This document shows positions 26,822-39,438 of a stretch of DNA of 64,000 nt, in pieces. This stretch comes from Octopus vulgaris. Lineage: Eukaryota. Within the stretch, counting starts at the first letter, position 1, and every line of letters starts with the position of its first letter. Location of the stretch: NCBI GenBank assembly GCA_951406725.2, contig OX597832.1, positions 53,568,001 through 53,632,000 of the forward strand, written 5' to 3'. The notes beneath the pieces were generated by a model. The model did not search any database. It was not told the DNA's origin and saw nothing but the letters and a program-made list of their open reading frames with translations. Both the position numbers and the translations under genes were made by a program.

Positions 26822-27518
26822 CTTGCTCTTGATGGACTTGATTTTTTTACAGACCTCCGAAACAACTGGGGGTCGATAAAGTGAGTACCATTTGCACATT
26901 GGAGTTTGCTGTAGTCGACAAGCCCGCCATCCGAAAATTTCGGACTTTCACAGTTTCCGACTGGGGTCGATGTAATCGACTTAATCCCTTTGTCTGTCCT
27001 TGTTTGTTCCCTCTATGTTTAGCCCCTTGTGGGCAATAAAGAAATATATATATGAACTACCAAGGTGTTTGTTATTTAATCACAAGCCAGCTCTAATTGA
27101 GCACACAAAAGCGCTCCAGCAACGACCATCCCGTTATTTTAGGGCTACGTAGGACTGACTAAATTTTCAAATGTGTTCTTCCCCAAGTCAGTAGGATGCG
27201 ATTTGAGGGAGATTGAACTGCTATTCTCTTTAGCAGACCGAACGGTTACAAGCGAGGCTTCTATCGTTGAGAGGCGTTCATTAATTGGAAAAGAATGGTA
27301 AGTTCTGTGTTTGATGGCTCAGCTTCGAAGTTTTATTTGAAGAATGTCAACAAGGCGCAGGAGTGGCTGTGTGGTAAGTAGCTTGATAACCAACCACATG
27401 GTTCCGGGTTCAGTCCCACTGCGTGGCATCTTGGGCAAGTGTCTTCTGCTATAGCCCCGGGCCGACCAATGCCTTGTGAGTAGATTTGGTAGACGGAAAC
27501 TGAAAGAAGCCTGTCGTA

Positions 27519-27565
<47 letters not shown>

Positions 27566-27919
27566 ATGTGTTTGTGTGTCTGTGTTTGTAGCATTGTTTG
27601 ACAACCGATGCTGGTGTGTTTACGTCCCCGTCACTTAGCGGTTCGGCAAAAGTGATCGATAGAATAAGTACTGGGCTTACAAAGAATAAGTCCCGGGGTC
27701 GATTTGATCGACTACAGGCGGTGCTCCAGCATGGCCGCAGTCAACTGACTGAATCAAGTAAAAGAGTAAAAAAGAGTAAAGAAGTCTTCCAGGAAGAGGC
27801 CTCCCCCCCGTTTAATTTGAAGGCTATTTGACTTTTTTTTGTATCCCAATGTTTTGTATATGGATAATTCATTTTTAAAATAGATTCCGATTATATCGAA
27901 ATTTTATCTTCATACATAA

Positions 27920-28172
27920 CAGTGCTTCTCAAACTATCTGATGTGGGTACCGGCAGTTCTTTTCTTCTTCCAATGTGCCGGGGACCGGTAATATTTCTTA
28001 GTAATGTTAATTTATACCGGACACAATATATATAATGAATATAATAAAAGTCAACAATTTTTTTTAATTAATACAATATTAAATAAGCATTTTATAATGT
28101 TTCTTTCTTTTCTGGGAACTGGCCGCGTACCGGCATCTGATGGCTCGCGGACAACCACTTTGAGTAGCACTG
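27920..28172. mobile_element. hAT (Charlie-like) MITE
   Basis: TIRs cagtgcttctcaaa / tttgagtagcactg; 8-bp flanks atacataa / atatataa (7/8 match TSD). Confidence 0.8.
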
Positions 28173-28749
28173 ATATATAACATATAAGCATGGACATCTT
28201 TTGGAACATTGTCATTTTATAAGATTTTGCTGGCAAATTTCTAAATTAACGTAAATATATATTTATTTTAGGCGAAGTTTCGCATGTCGTAGCGCAGATT
28301 TCCGTCGATTTCCGTAAAAAACTTTTATTTTTTTACATAAGTAATGAGAGCGAAAGAGACTAAGAGGAAGCGATTTTATGACGAGAAGGTTTCACTTTGA
28401 AATCGGCCTGTGTGTGTTTGATGGGGTGTGGGAGACAGACAGTATGTTGTGTAAGTGAAGTGCTTCTGTTAGTGTGTGTGAAGAGACAGAGAGAGTAATG
28501 TGTGAAAGAGAGAGATAACTGATTTTTTACTCGGTGTATGTGTATATGTATGTATGCATGTATGTGTATATTATATAAAAGGGCTTAGTAAAATAAATTA
28601 CTTTGCCGCATACTGAACTTATTAGAAATAGCAGCTAAAAAACTTTTTTAAAACTATTTCTAATACTTAAAGAAAATCTCTCTCATATAGTGTTTGCTTA
28701 ACTCAACTCACGAAAGTTTGGGGGTAAAGACATCAAAAAATCAAATGCA

Positions 28750-28820
28750 AAGGTTATTTGAGAACGTACGTTTCAAGATTAGTCAACGCGACACTTCTAT
28801 CATCAGCTCAGAAACTCCTT
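28750..28820 (-). ncRNA. Type I hammerhead ribozyme motif (canonical core)
   Basis: aagg..tgag-CTGATGA-tagaagtgtc(gcgtt)gactaatctt-GAAA-CGTACG-TT-ctca..cctt; GUU cleavage triplet; palindromic ACGTACGT stem III. Confidence 0.72.
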
Positions 28821-29308
28821 GGTTTGGATTTGAAAACACTGAAAGTGAGAGCATACCCTTTCGGCTTCTCATCGCTTTCGAAGATCTGCTCGTAACTAAC
28901 AGTGCCAACAAACTCAAATATGCAAGCGAAGAATTTATGTTCTCCCCTTTCCACCAGCGTGGGTTAAAATCAGCAAACACTATGCTTATTTCGGTAAAAT
29001 CCGAAGCATTAATTAGAGGGAGATTAATAATAATTTCAACAATTGAGGGTAAAATTAATTAATTATTAATCAATTTCACCAAGTGTTCAGTATGCAAAGG
29101 GACCATTTAAGGCGAATTCAAATTATTACATTATATAAAGGGCTTAGTAAAATAAATTACTTTGCCGCATACTGAACTTATTAGAAATAGCAGCTAAAAA
29201 ACTTTTTTAAAACTATTTCTAATACTTAAAGAAAATCTCTCTCATATAGTGTTTGCTTAACTCAACTCACGAAAGTTTGGGGGTAAAGACATCAAAAAAT
29301 CAAATGCA

Positions 29309-29379
29309 AAGGTTATTTGAGAACGTACGTTTCAAGATTAGTCAACGCGACACTTCTATCATCAGCTCAGAAACTCCTT
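29309..29379 (-). ncRNA. Type I hammerhead ribozyme motif (second copy)
   Basis: Identical motif 559 bp away in the second repeat unit. Confidence 0.72.
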
Positions 29380-31615
29380 GGTTTGGATTTGAAAACACTG
29401 AAAGTGAGAGCATACCCTTTCGGCTTCTCATCGCTTTCGAAGATCTGCTCGTAACTAACAGTGCCAACAAACTCAAATATGCAAGCGAAGAATTTATGTT
29501 CTCCCCTTTCCACCAGCGTGGGTTAAAATCAGCAAACACTATGCTTATTTCGGTAAAATCCGAAGCATTAATTAGAGGGAGATTAATAATAATTTCAACA
29601 ATTGAGGGTAAAATTAATTAATTATTAATCAATTTCACCAAGTGTTCAGTATGCAAAGGGACCATTTAAGGCGAATTCAAATTATTACATTATATAAAGG
29701 GGCTTAGTAAAATAAATTACTTTGCCGCATACTGAACTTATTAGAAATAGCAGCTAAAAAACTTTTTTAAAACTATTTCTAATACTTAAAGAAAATCTCT
29801 CTCATATAGTGTTTGCTTAACTCAACTCACGAAAGTTTGGGGGTATATGTATGTATGCATGTATCTATGTATGTGTGTGTGTGTAAGTATGTGTGTGTGT
29901 ATGTATGTATGTATGGCCGATTCATCGTAATTTTTTACTCGGTGTATGTGTATATGTATGTCTGCATGTATGTGTGTGTGTGTATGTATCTATGTATGTG
30001 TGTATGTATGTATGTGTGTATGTATGTATGTATGTATGTATGTGTGTGTGTGTATGTATCTATGTATGTGTGTGTGTGTATGTATGTATGTGTGTATGTA
30101 TGTATGGTCGATTCAGTGTAATTTTTTACTCGGTGTATGTGTATATGTATGTCTGCATGTATGTGTGTGTGTGTATGTATCTATGTGTGTGTGTGTGTGT
30201 GTGTAAGTATGTGTGTGTGTATGTATGTATGTATGTATGTGTGTGTGTGTATGTATCTATGTATGTGTGTGTGTGTGTGTATGTATGTGTGTATGTACTC
30301 GGTGTATGTGTATATGTATGTCTGTCTCTTCGCACACACTAACAGAAGCACTTCACTTACACAACATACTGTCTGTCTCCCACACCCCATCAAACACACA
30401 CAGGCCGACTTCAAAGTGAAACCTTCTCGTCGTAAAATCGCTTATGAAAGAAAATTACCGGAGAACTTTCTTCAAATTCTTCCAAATCTTTCGGCTTAAA
30501 CTATTGAAATCATTTACTCTTTTACTTGTTTCAGTCATTTGACTGCGGCCATGCTGGAGCACCGCCTTTTAATCGAGCAAATCGACCCCGGGACTTATTC
30601 TTTGTAAGCCCAGTACTTATTCTATCGTTCTCTTTTGCCGAACCGCTAAGTTACGGGGACGTAAACACACCAGCATCGGTTGTCAAGCAATGCTAGGGGG
30701 ACAAACACAGACACAAACATATACACACACATGCATATATATATATATATATATATATACAACGGGCTTCTTTCAGTTTCCGTCTACCAAATCCGCTCAC
30801 AACTCTTTGGTCGGCCCGGGGCTATAGCAGAAGACACTTGCCCAAGATGCCACGCAGTGGGACTGAACCCGGAACCATGTGGTTGGTAAGCAAGCTACTT
30901 ACCACACAGCCACTCCTGCACCTATTTTGTGGGGATTTTTTTTCCTATCACGGCAATTGGTTGCACACCACAAAGTATAACGGAACCTACTGAAGCAAGC
31001 ATGCTCTACATTTTATTAAATTATTTCATGGAAAAGTCTGTTTACACACACACACACAACAGGCAGGCCGCGTGATCAGGAAGTTCGACTCGCAACCACA
31101 GAATTTAGGGTTCAGTACCACTACATGGCATCTTCGTGTCTTTATAATCCTGGGTCATTTAATACTTTTAAGTGAATTTTGTATGTAAGTATGTATATGA
31201 GTGTATATATCTATGTGTGTGTGTGTGTGCATCATTGTCCATCGCTGCGTCAACGCATGACAACCGGTGCTAGTTTGTTTACGTCCCCCTCTTTATGCAA
31301 CACTTCGGCAAGAGACCGATAGGTTAAGTACCATACTTAACCTACATAACCACTGAAGATGGTTTTATCGACTAACACTACACTGCACTGCTCTAGCATG
31401 GCTGCAATCCAACTACTGAAACAAATAAAAGTATCTCGTATATATATATTTATATTTAGGAGTGGCTGTGTGGTAAGTAGCTTGCTTACCAACCACATGG
31501 TTCCGGGTTCAGTCCCACTGCATGGCATCTTGGGCAAGTGTCTTCTGCTATAGCCGCGGGCCGACCAAAGCCTTGTGAGTGGATTTGGTGGACGGAAACT
31601 GAAAGAAGCCCGTCG

Positions 31616-31661
<46 letters not shown>

Positions 31662-31909
31662 TGTTTGTCCTCCCAACATCGCTTGACAACCGATGCTGGT
31701 GTGTTTACGTCCCCGTAACTTAGCGGTTCGGCAAAAGAGAACCGATAGAATAAGTACTAGGCTTACAAAGAATAAGTCCTGGGGTCGATTTGCTCGACTA
31801 AAGGCGGTGCTCCAGCATGGCCACAGTCACATGACTGAAACTAGTAAAAAAAAAAAGAGAACTATATATATATATATGTGTGTGTGTATGTGTATATATA
31901 TATATATAT

Positions 31910-31948
<39 letters not shown>

Positions 31949-32020
31949 TAGATATATATTAAAAATGGGAAGGCAGGCGGTTTATGGGATTACCTTAGAT
32001 TTCCCGTCTGTGTATATATA

Positions 32021-32060
<40 letters not shown>

Positions 32061-32579
32061 CATACATATACAATACATTGTGTGTGTGTGTGTGTAATGA
32101 TCTCTTTCGCCGGTCATTTTTGTCATCAGTGCAGTGAAATGACCAGTCAGAGATTGAAACCGTGTTCCAGACAAGCTGAGCTGGATTTTAGTCGACGACA
32201 AACCATTTTGTTCACATTAAACTCTACTTTTGAAATCAGTGAAGCCTCCCGTGTTGAATATTATTGACGGTATGTCTGCTGGACCTACAAGGTGCTACCA
32301 GTTGCTGTCCGTATTCAACCAAACCATCTTCCACCAACACTGACATGGTCTGTTCTCTGATAATAAATAAACACTACCATATATAGCAGTTGACTGTTAT
32401 ATGCTCACCGCAAGACCTCCTTTCTTGAACAATATCGTTATTGTTAGCATCTTGTGTGTTCATTATGTTCAGAATGCTTCGATCACGTTTAAACTTGTAT
32501 TCAACCCTGTCTTCATCCTCCAACGTCATATAAGTAAAATAAAGTATTATGACTAGCCAGGCAGGAATTATAGTTAATT

Positions 32580-32721
32580 AATAGAATTATCGTTGCTTCC
32601 TGGTTAAAGGTTTGTTTATCAACAACAGCAGCTTCTAACCAGAGGTACCGTTAACTTCGGTCTTAACCGCGGGAATCGGTTTTATGTTATCATACTTCCT
32701 TCTTTCTTCAGTTTCCCAAAG
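32580..32721 (+). promoter_or_regulatory. Putative promoter and non-coding first exon of CYB5R4
   Basis: Repeat-free, locally CpG-containing stretch with CTTCCT (ETS-like) motifs, ending in a strong donor AAG|GTAAGG. The ATG-bearing exon at 36901 starts with an acceptor, so an upstream UTR exon is expected. Confidence 0.4.
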
Positions 32722-35700
32722 GTAAGGCGCTATTCTTTCTTCGTTTCTGGTTTATTTATCTGCTTCCTGATATATATATATTCCTAACGGTAACTTAATA
32801 AAAAAAACAAAAAAACTATTTCATCATATTGGAATATTTAATAATGTCAAATTGCCAAATTAATTAAGAATTCAGCAAAAAAAACAAAACTTATATAAGA
32901 CACTTATTTGCTTAACTTTTGCCTTAAGGCGGGCCCCACGTCTTACCTCTGCGCTAAACACCCTGTTTAATCCAAAACTAAGTCCCGATTTTCAGCGGAA
33001 ACCAATTCCATTCCGCCTTTTAATAATACCCTTGTTAAATGTATGAACATCATAACATCCCAGTTTCCTTTTTTATAAATCGGCAGCCTGGAACCTACTG
33101 AAAAGAAAGGAAAAGTTTAAATATTTTAAAAAATTATATGAACTTCATCATTCAGACCTATTTAATAATGTTTTAACATCAATTACTTCTTTTTCTAAAC
33201 TGTGATTTCTTTTAATTTCCCTTCAAATAATGCTTGTTCATAAAATAGTTTGTGCAATCAGAAGTAAAACCTGTTTCTCTAGTGATCAAATTACCAGCTT
33301 TCAGCTCTTATAACATTATCAGTTGACTTATTAATAATTACCAACATCACGGAAAGGTTCTTCGATACGTTTTATTTAAATATAATGCTTGAGTGGGTGT
33401 AATTCTATAAATTATTGATGCCTTTATTAGTATCAGAGCCAACGTGCCTCTGTCCCGTCTGGAATAGTTTACTGATTACCTTGTACAGTACAGAATTAAT
33501 GAACATGTATCATTTGTGGTAATTTACAAATACCTGTATGCCATTTAATTATGTAAGTAAGCTTAATATTTGTTTAATTTTGAATGTGACCACTCTGGGT
33601 TCGGAACAATAAGTAAACCTAAAAAGCCTAATGCGGAATGGAATTGGATCCAAAGTTTCTGGGAAATCAGTGTTGTTTCTCTACTAGATAATAAAAGTAC
33701 ATGTACTATAATATGAATTGTTACATTATTTGGCAAACGAAAGATCGCCCATTATTTCACGTATTACACAAGAGAAACGGATATTTTCGGTGTAAAAGTG
33801 CGACAATTATAAATCGTAAAAACTGATACGGTCTGCCGTTCTTTCGGGGGAAAGAAATAACGTCACAGGGGGAAAAGTTAGTAAATAGTCTCACTTCTGG
33901 TTAGTAAAAAAAGTCACGTTTCATTTAAATCCCTTAAATCGTATGAGTAATTGTCAGTGTGTGTCTTGTACACAGCGACATCATTAATTAATGACATCAC
34001 ACGTGTAAATAAATCTTTCATAAAAACAATGAAAGAAAAAGCGAAAACAACTGAAAAATGTGATGATTTTCCCCCCTCTTCTTCTGGATCCAGTATTTCC
34101 GTTGTCGACTTTAAATTGACATTTTAATTTTTAAATCACATTTTTGTTAACTCAGATTGTCACCTGCATACTGCTCATCTTAGATTGTCTCTATTTGGAA
34201 CTGCCCTCTCCTTGATTGATTCTGAGTGAAAACTAAAATAGTTAGAGGGAAATTCAAGTGGCTTCGATCCAAATTCCTGCCTAAAATAAATCCAAAAAAA
34301 TCTATTACAAAATTAAAATTTTAAAACGTCCGGATTTTTATTTTAGTACGGTAGCATACCTACACAAGTGTGCTCAACCAACTTTGATTCCTCGTAACTT
34401 TCAGAAAAATGGATACTTTTAATGTGATTGCATGCGCAATCTTAGTAATATAAAGCGATTCTTTCGTAAGTTATCCTGGTGGTTGAAACAATTGGGAATC
34501 TTATATGATGCTTGGACACCTGTGACATCTAAGACAAATTGTCTAGGTTTAGGGACCCAATGTTGGTCTATGTATGCTGTAGCTTGCTGTCAATACGTAT
34601 ATACTATAGGACTATTGCACTGATTTGCCAAGGGCCCTAAAATGCTGTTAACACGTTCTTGATGGACGATAGGGAAACATGTATCACATGTGATATATAG
34701 GGCAGGCTACTTTCTATCACACATAACAGTCGAGGTATTACAAGGCATAGACATAATTATTTCGGTAAATTGTGGGTGGTACAGCCGCACGAGATTCACT
34801 AAGAAAAAAAATACCTCGGATTTTTTGCGTGGAATTAAGTACCCTCACCTCCTAATATGCCGCAAACCCCTTTTATAGATATTTTCTTTTTCGGAAAAAA
34901 AAAGAGTGGGTGGGGAAATGCAACACACACCCCACTATCCAGGAATCATTGGAATTTTTTTTTATGTTGAATGAATTACGGCGACCGCCTAATATGCCAC
35001 AAAATACTATTTCTGATGCGGAAATTTCACCATCTCCAACATTTTACAGAAATACGTTTTCGAGATTATGGATTACACGATTCGTTAATAAATATGTATT
35101 TATTAGTTGACCCGATGTGGACCCGTTGAATATATGAGGCCCTCGTTAGTACAACTACACCGTGATCTTACAAAATTTAGACAACGATCATACACCACCA
35201 TTCATATTTTCCACTGTTCATATATAGCTGATACCATACACCATTTCAGTTATATATACATCCAACCTGAAATTATATCTCAAGTCATTCTGAGGTCGTG
35301 CAGTAACGAGGCCGAAACATGCTCCTGGAGTTACCCCCATATTTCCAAAGATCAGATTTACTGCCCAATGTCCGCTATTTTTAATGAACTTTAGAAAGAT
35401 TACAGATTTGCCTCCCTTGCTTTACTGTATATTTGTTAATCCAATTTGTTATTTTGATAATGATTATTCTTGACATTTGGAGTGTGTTTTTAATTAATTA
35501 AAATTTCGTATCCTTTCACATCAAATATGTTTGTGTCCTCTATTAAAATGACTGGAAAAGGTAATAAAGTTGGCCACCAGGAGGTAGCGAACAGTAAGGT
35601 GAGGGGTTCAAATAGAAGATGAGAGCTTTCAAATAGTCAGAGTTGATGAATGAATCAACCTGTCCGCCCCGCCAGACGTTCTGATCCAGTGATGAGGTAC

Positions 35701-36976
35701 GAACGTCTGGCTTGGGTTTTTGGTCTTTTGCTAACTAAATATCTCTTTGCCCATGCTATGACTACAAACGACAGCAGTAGTTCAGTAACTGAATTGGTTG
35801 ATCCTGGCTGTTGGCAGTTTTTTGTCTGTTCATCTGTTCGGCATCTAGTGATATTTGCCATTGATTTTATATGTTCAGTTACCATAGTAGTTCTCATCCA
35901 CTATGCTGCATCCTATGATTGCAACGTATCCTGGCTTAGGGGGGGGGGGGGGTTTACATGCTAATTGACCTATAACAGGGATTGTGACGGGTGCTACTAC
36001 TCAGGGTTAGAATAGACCTGGGAACAATATTGTCTATGAGGTGATCTAACACTTCTCATAACCCTAGGGCTCTGGAACCAAGACCCTACAATCAGATGCA
36101 GTTTAAACTCATACTCAGGACTGATGTATGAATCAATGAAATAATTATTAATGATTCGTTTTAAAGTCATACTCAGGACAGGTGTATGAATTATTGAAAT
36201 AATTATTAAAAGATAAGAACCAATAATAAAAATGAAAATGACCATAAAAAAGAAATAAAATAAATTTTTATTTATAACACACTTTGAAAATGTTAACCCT
36301 TTTGCGTTCAAATTACTCTGCCAAATGTAAAGCTTATTTATTCATGTTGTTTTGAATTAATCAGGTATTGTCTCATAACTTTGAGATTTTGATGATGTTA
36401 TTGTCTATTCTTAGAATGGCATTATAGGGTAGATGTTAGAGCTTAGATCAAGTCAGTTTGACCATAAAACAGGAGGTATATTTTGGCTGGATATGGCCAT
36501 TTTAAATGCTACAGGTTTAAAGCAACTATCTACAGTAAAGCTTGTCTGTCTTTATATTACTGTAATTTGATGGCATAAAAGACTCACAGGCATGTTAGAT
36601 GCACCTCACCCTACTTTCAACAACACATATCCAGGAAAAAAATTTTTGTGCATTCAGGAACAAAATTAGCTTATGGGAGGCTCAACTTTGCATGTAGGGC
36701 CAAGAGTGAGGTATTTTTCATTTCATTTTTTTTATTTTGGAAAATGTGCATCTTATATATGGTACTTCTTATATAGTACTTCTTATATGGTACTTCTTCC
36801 ACATGATGGTGCTTTACCCAATTTATTGTTGCCTAAACATTTGTTTTTTCATTTATTTGGAACTATTTTTAAAAACTTTTATTTTAAATATGATTTGCAG
36901 ATAATTCAAACTGGGGTGTGGCAAGTCCCGATCAAGACCAGTTAGTCCTAACGGTGCAGGTAGAAATAATAGCTGC

Positions 36977-37247
36977 ATGGACAAGTCAGTTGACAAACAG
37001 CAAGCTGTGAAGAACATGGTTCCTCAGTTTCCTGCTGCCGATTCCCAGCAGCGTTCTTCATCATCTTCTGCATCTTCAGGTGGACGCAACAAAGTTGCTC
37101 TGAAGGAATGCCGATCCTTAATGGACTGGATACGCTTATCGCGAAGTGGTGAAGACCTTACTGGAATCGGGGGAAAGGTAATTGATGTCACCCCAGAAGA
37201 ACTGAGGAAACACAATACTGAGAATGATGCCTGGATGGCTATAAGAG
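36977..37247 (+). CDS. CYB5R4: Cytochrome b5 reductase 4 (NCB5OR), coding exon 1
   Basis: Acceptor at 36899-36900, in-frame TAA upstream of the ATG. FPAADSQQR..GGRNKVALKECRSLMDWIRLSRSGEDLTG..VTPEELRKHN..DAWMAIRG matches the human CYB5R4 N-terminus and start of the b5 domain. GT donor at 37248. Confidence 0.95.
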
Positions 37248-37737
37248 GTAAATATTTTTCCTTTAGTTTATCATTAATGAAATTCCTTTGAAATACTCAA
37301 CAAAACTATGTAAGTCATGTGTGTTTTTGTTTGTGATTTGATAAGCAGTGACAAGTTTTGCAATTCTGTAAATAATAATAATAATATTTTATAAACTTAA
37401 AGCTTATAAGCAATCACCATGTATTGATTTACTTTAATCAAAACATGGTGATTGCTTATGAGTTTTAAGGTCATAAAAATATTAATATCATATAAATCTG
37501 TTGTAACTTAATTTTTTATGTACGATATCAAGTGCAGAAGTGACTTTATCGATCGCATTCTCACCCGGAATTGATTTTTGTAATTTTTTCAAGACTTATA
37601 CACGCCCTGATACTGTCAGTATCTACATATCAAATTTGAGCACAATCGGATGGAGGATGCTCGAGATCCTAGAAAACACACACACAGACAGACAGAACGG
37701 ATTTTATATAAAAGATATACATATATATGTATACTTG

Positions 37738-37947
37738 ATTTAAAAGCAGCAGAAATATAACAAAAGCTGTTACTCAGAGTTTCACGTTCCCGTTCGTTGA
37801 GAACTGTCCAACGAACAGGAACATGAAACTCTGAGTAACAGCCTTTGTTATATTTCTGCTGCTTTTAAATAAAGCATATTACTCTACCTCTGGTATTTGA
37901 GTACTCTTTTTTCCACCTTGTTTCACATTTATGTGCTTACTCCGGTG
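37738..37947. mobile_element. Palindromic Penelope-like fragment with a degenerate hammerhead
   Basis: Inverted arms over 37738-37870 plus an unpaired tail. Plus strand 37804-37841 reads ctgt-CCAACGA-aca(ggaa)cat-GAAA-ctctgag-TA-acag. Confidence 0.6.
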
Positions 37948-37989
37948 TATATATATATATATATATATCGAATGGTAATTGTAGTTAAG

Positions 37990-38310
37990 ACACCAATGCT
38001 GGTGACACGTAAAAGCACCGTTCGAGCGTGGCAGTTACTAGCGTCACCTGACTGGTGTCCGTGTCGGTGACACATAAAAGCACCGACCGATCGTGGCCGT
38101 TTGCCAGCCTGTGCTGGCTCCTGTGCTGGTGGCATGTAAAAAGCACCCACTACACTCACAGAGTGGTTGGCGTTAGGAAAGGCATCCAGCTGTAGAAAAC
38201 TGCCAAATCAGACTGGAGCCTGGTGCCGCCTCCATGGCTTACCAGACCCCGGTCAAACCGTCCAACCCATGCTAGCATGGAAAACGGACGTAAAATGATG
38301 ATGATGATGA
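37990..38310 (+). mobile_element. Repeat family with (ATG)n tail and internal ~45-bp tandem subrepeats (SINE or LINE 3'-end type)
   Basis: gagtggttggcgttaggaagggcatccagc...cccatgctagcatggaaaacggacgtaaaatgatgatg. Relatives at 21403-21640(-), 51455-51873, 55435-55800, 57185-57410(-) and 63000-63217. Confidence 0.75.
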
Positions 38311-38847
38311 TATGTATATATGTATATATATGCACACATATATATGTATGTGTGTGTGGTGTTGGGGTTTTAAATGAGCGTCAGTCATACAAGCAGTGTC
38401 ATTCATATCCTCCAATATTCTGCAAGAACATGTCTGGTCATGAGTAAATATTACTTTACTTATAAAAACCGGTAAGGGTAGGCAACAGGAAGAGCATCTG
38501 GCCGTAGAAATATCTGCCTGAAGCAAACACTTTCCAACCCATGAAAGCATGGAAAAGTGGACATTAAAATGATGATGATGATGATGCAACTCCATACCCC
38601 TTATATTGTGTTCTTATACTCTTTACTCTTTTACTCTTTTACTTGTTTCAGTCATTTGACTGCGGCCATGCTGGAGCACCGCCTTTAGTCGAGCAACTCG
38701 ACCCCGGGACTTATTCTTTTGTAAGCCCAGTACTTATTCTATCGGTCTCTTTTGCTGAACCGCTAAGTAACGGGGACATAAACACACCAGCATTGGTTGT
38801 CAAGCAATGCTAGGGGGACAAACACAGACACACAAACACACACACGC

Positions 38848-38878
<31 letters not shown>

Positions 38879-39288
38879 TACGACAGGCTTCTTTCAGTTT
38901 CCGTCTACCAAATCCACTCACAAAGCTTTGGTCGGCCTGAGGCTATAGCAGAAGACACTTGCCCAAGATGCCACGCAGTGGGACTGAACCCGAAACCATA
39001 TGGTTGGTAAGCAAGCTACTTACCACACAGCCACTCTTGCGCCTATGTAGCACTACATACGAAATGAAGGAAACTGGACTTCAATGTGTAAATGGTTTGG
39101 CCCGTTCTCTTTTCTCTTTCTCTTTTACTTGTTTCAGTCATTTGACTGCGGCCATGCTGGAGCACCGCCTTTTGGTCGAGCAAATCGATCCCAGGACTTA
39201 TTCGTTGGAAGCCTAGTAAACATACCACCATCGGTTGTCAAGTGATTTTGGAGGGACAAACACAGACACACAAACATATACACACACA

Positions 39289-39340
<52 letters not shown>

Positions 39341-39405
39341 AAGAGGCTTCCAAATAGGAAAGCGTTGTGCTAGAAAGAGCAGTAGAAATCTCAAGACCAC
39401 AAGGT

Positions 39406-39438
<33 letters not shown>

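Larger units (their letters stand above)
28570..29843 (-). mobile_element. Retrozyme/Penelope-like tandem repeat: 559/560-bp unit x ~2.27, one hammerhead per full unit
   Basis: Units 28570-29129, 29130-29688 and partial 29689-29843 are near-identical. Hammerheads on the minus strand. gtatatgtatgtatgcatgtat occurs on both flanks. Confidence 0.75.
28368..30443. mobile_element. Foldback structure with ~125-bp inverted arms enclosing the 559-bp tandem and TG/TA-rich repeats
   Basis: 28368-28492 is nearly the exact reverse complement of 30320-30443. Confidence 0.75.

Noticed and set aside
28694-29621. Duplicated 122-aa ORFs in the 559-bp units
   Set aside because: TTG start, no recognisable domain; identity reflects recent tandem duplication. 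The structured signal is on the opposite strand.
32095-32136. Minus-strand CTGATGA...GAAA...TC hammerhead-like string
   Set aside because: Neither stem I nor stem II can pair.
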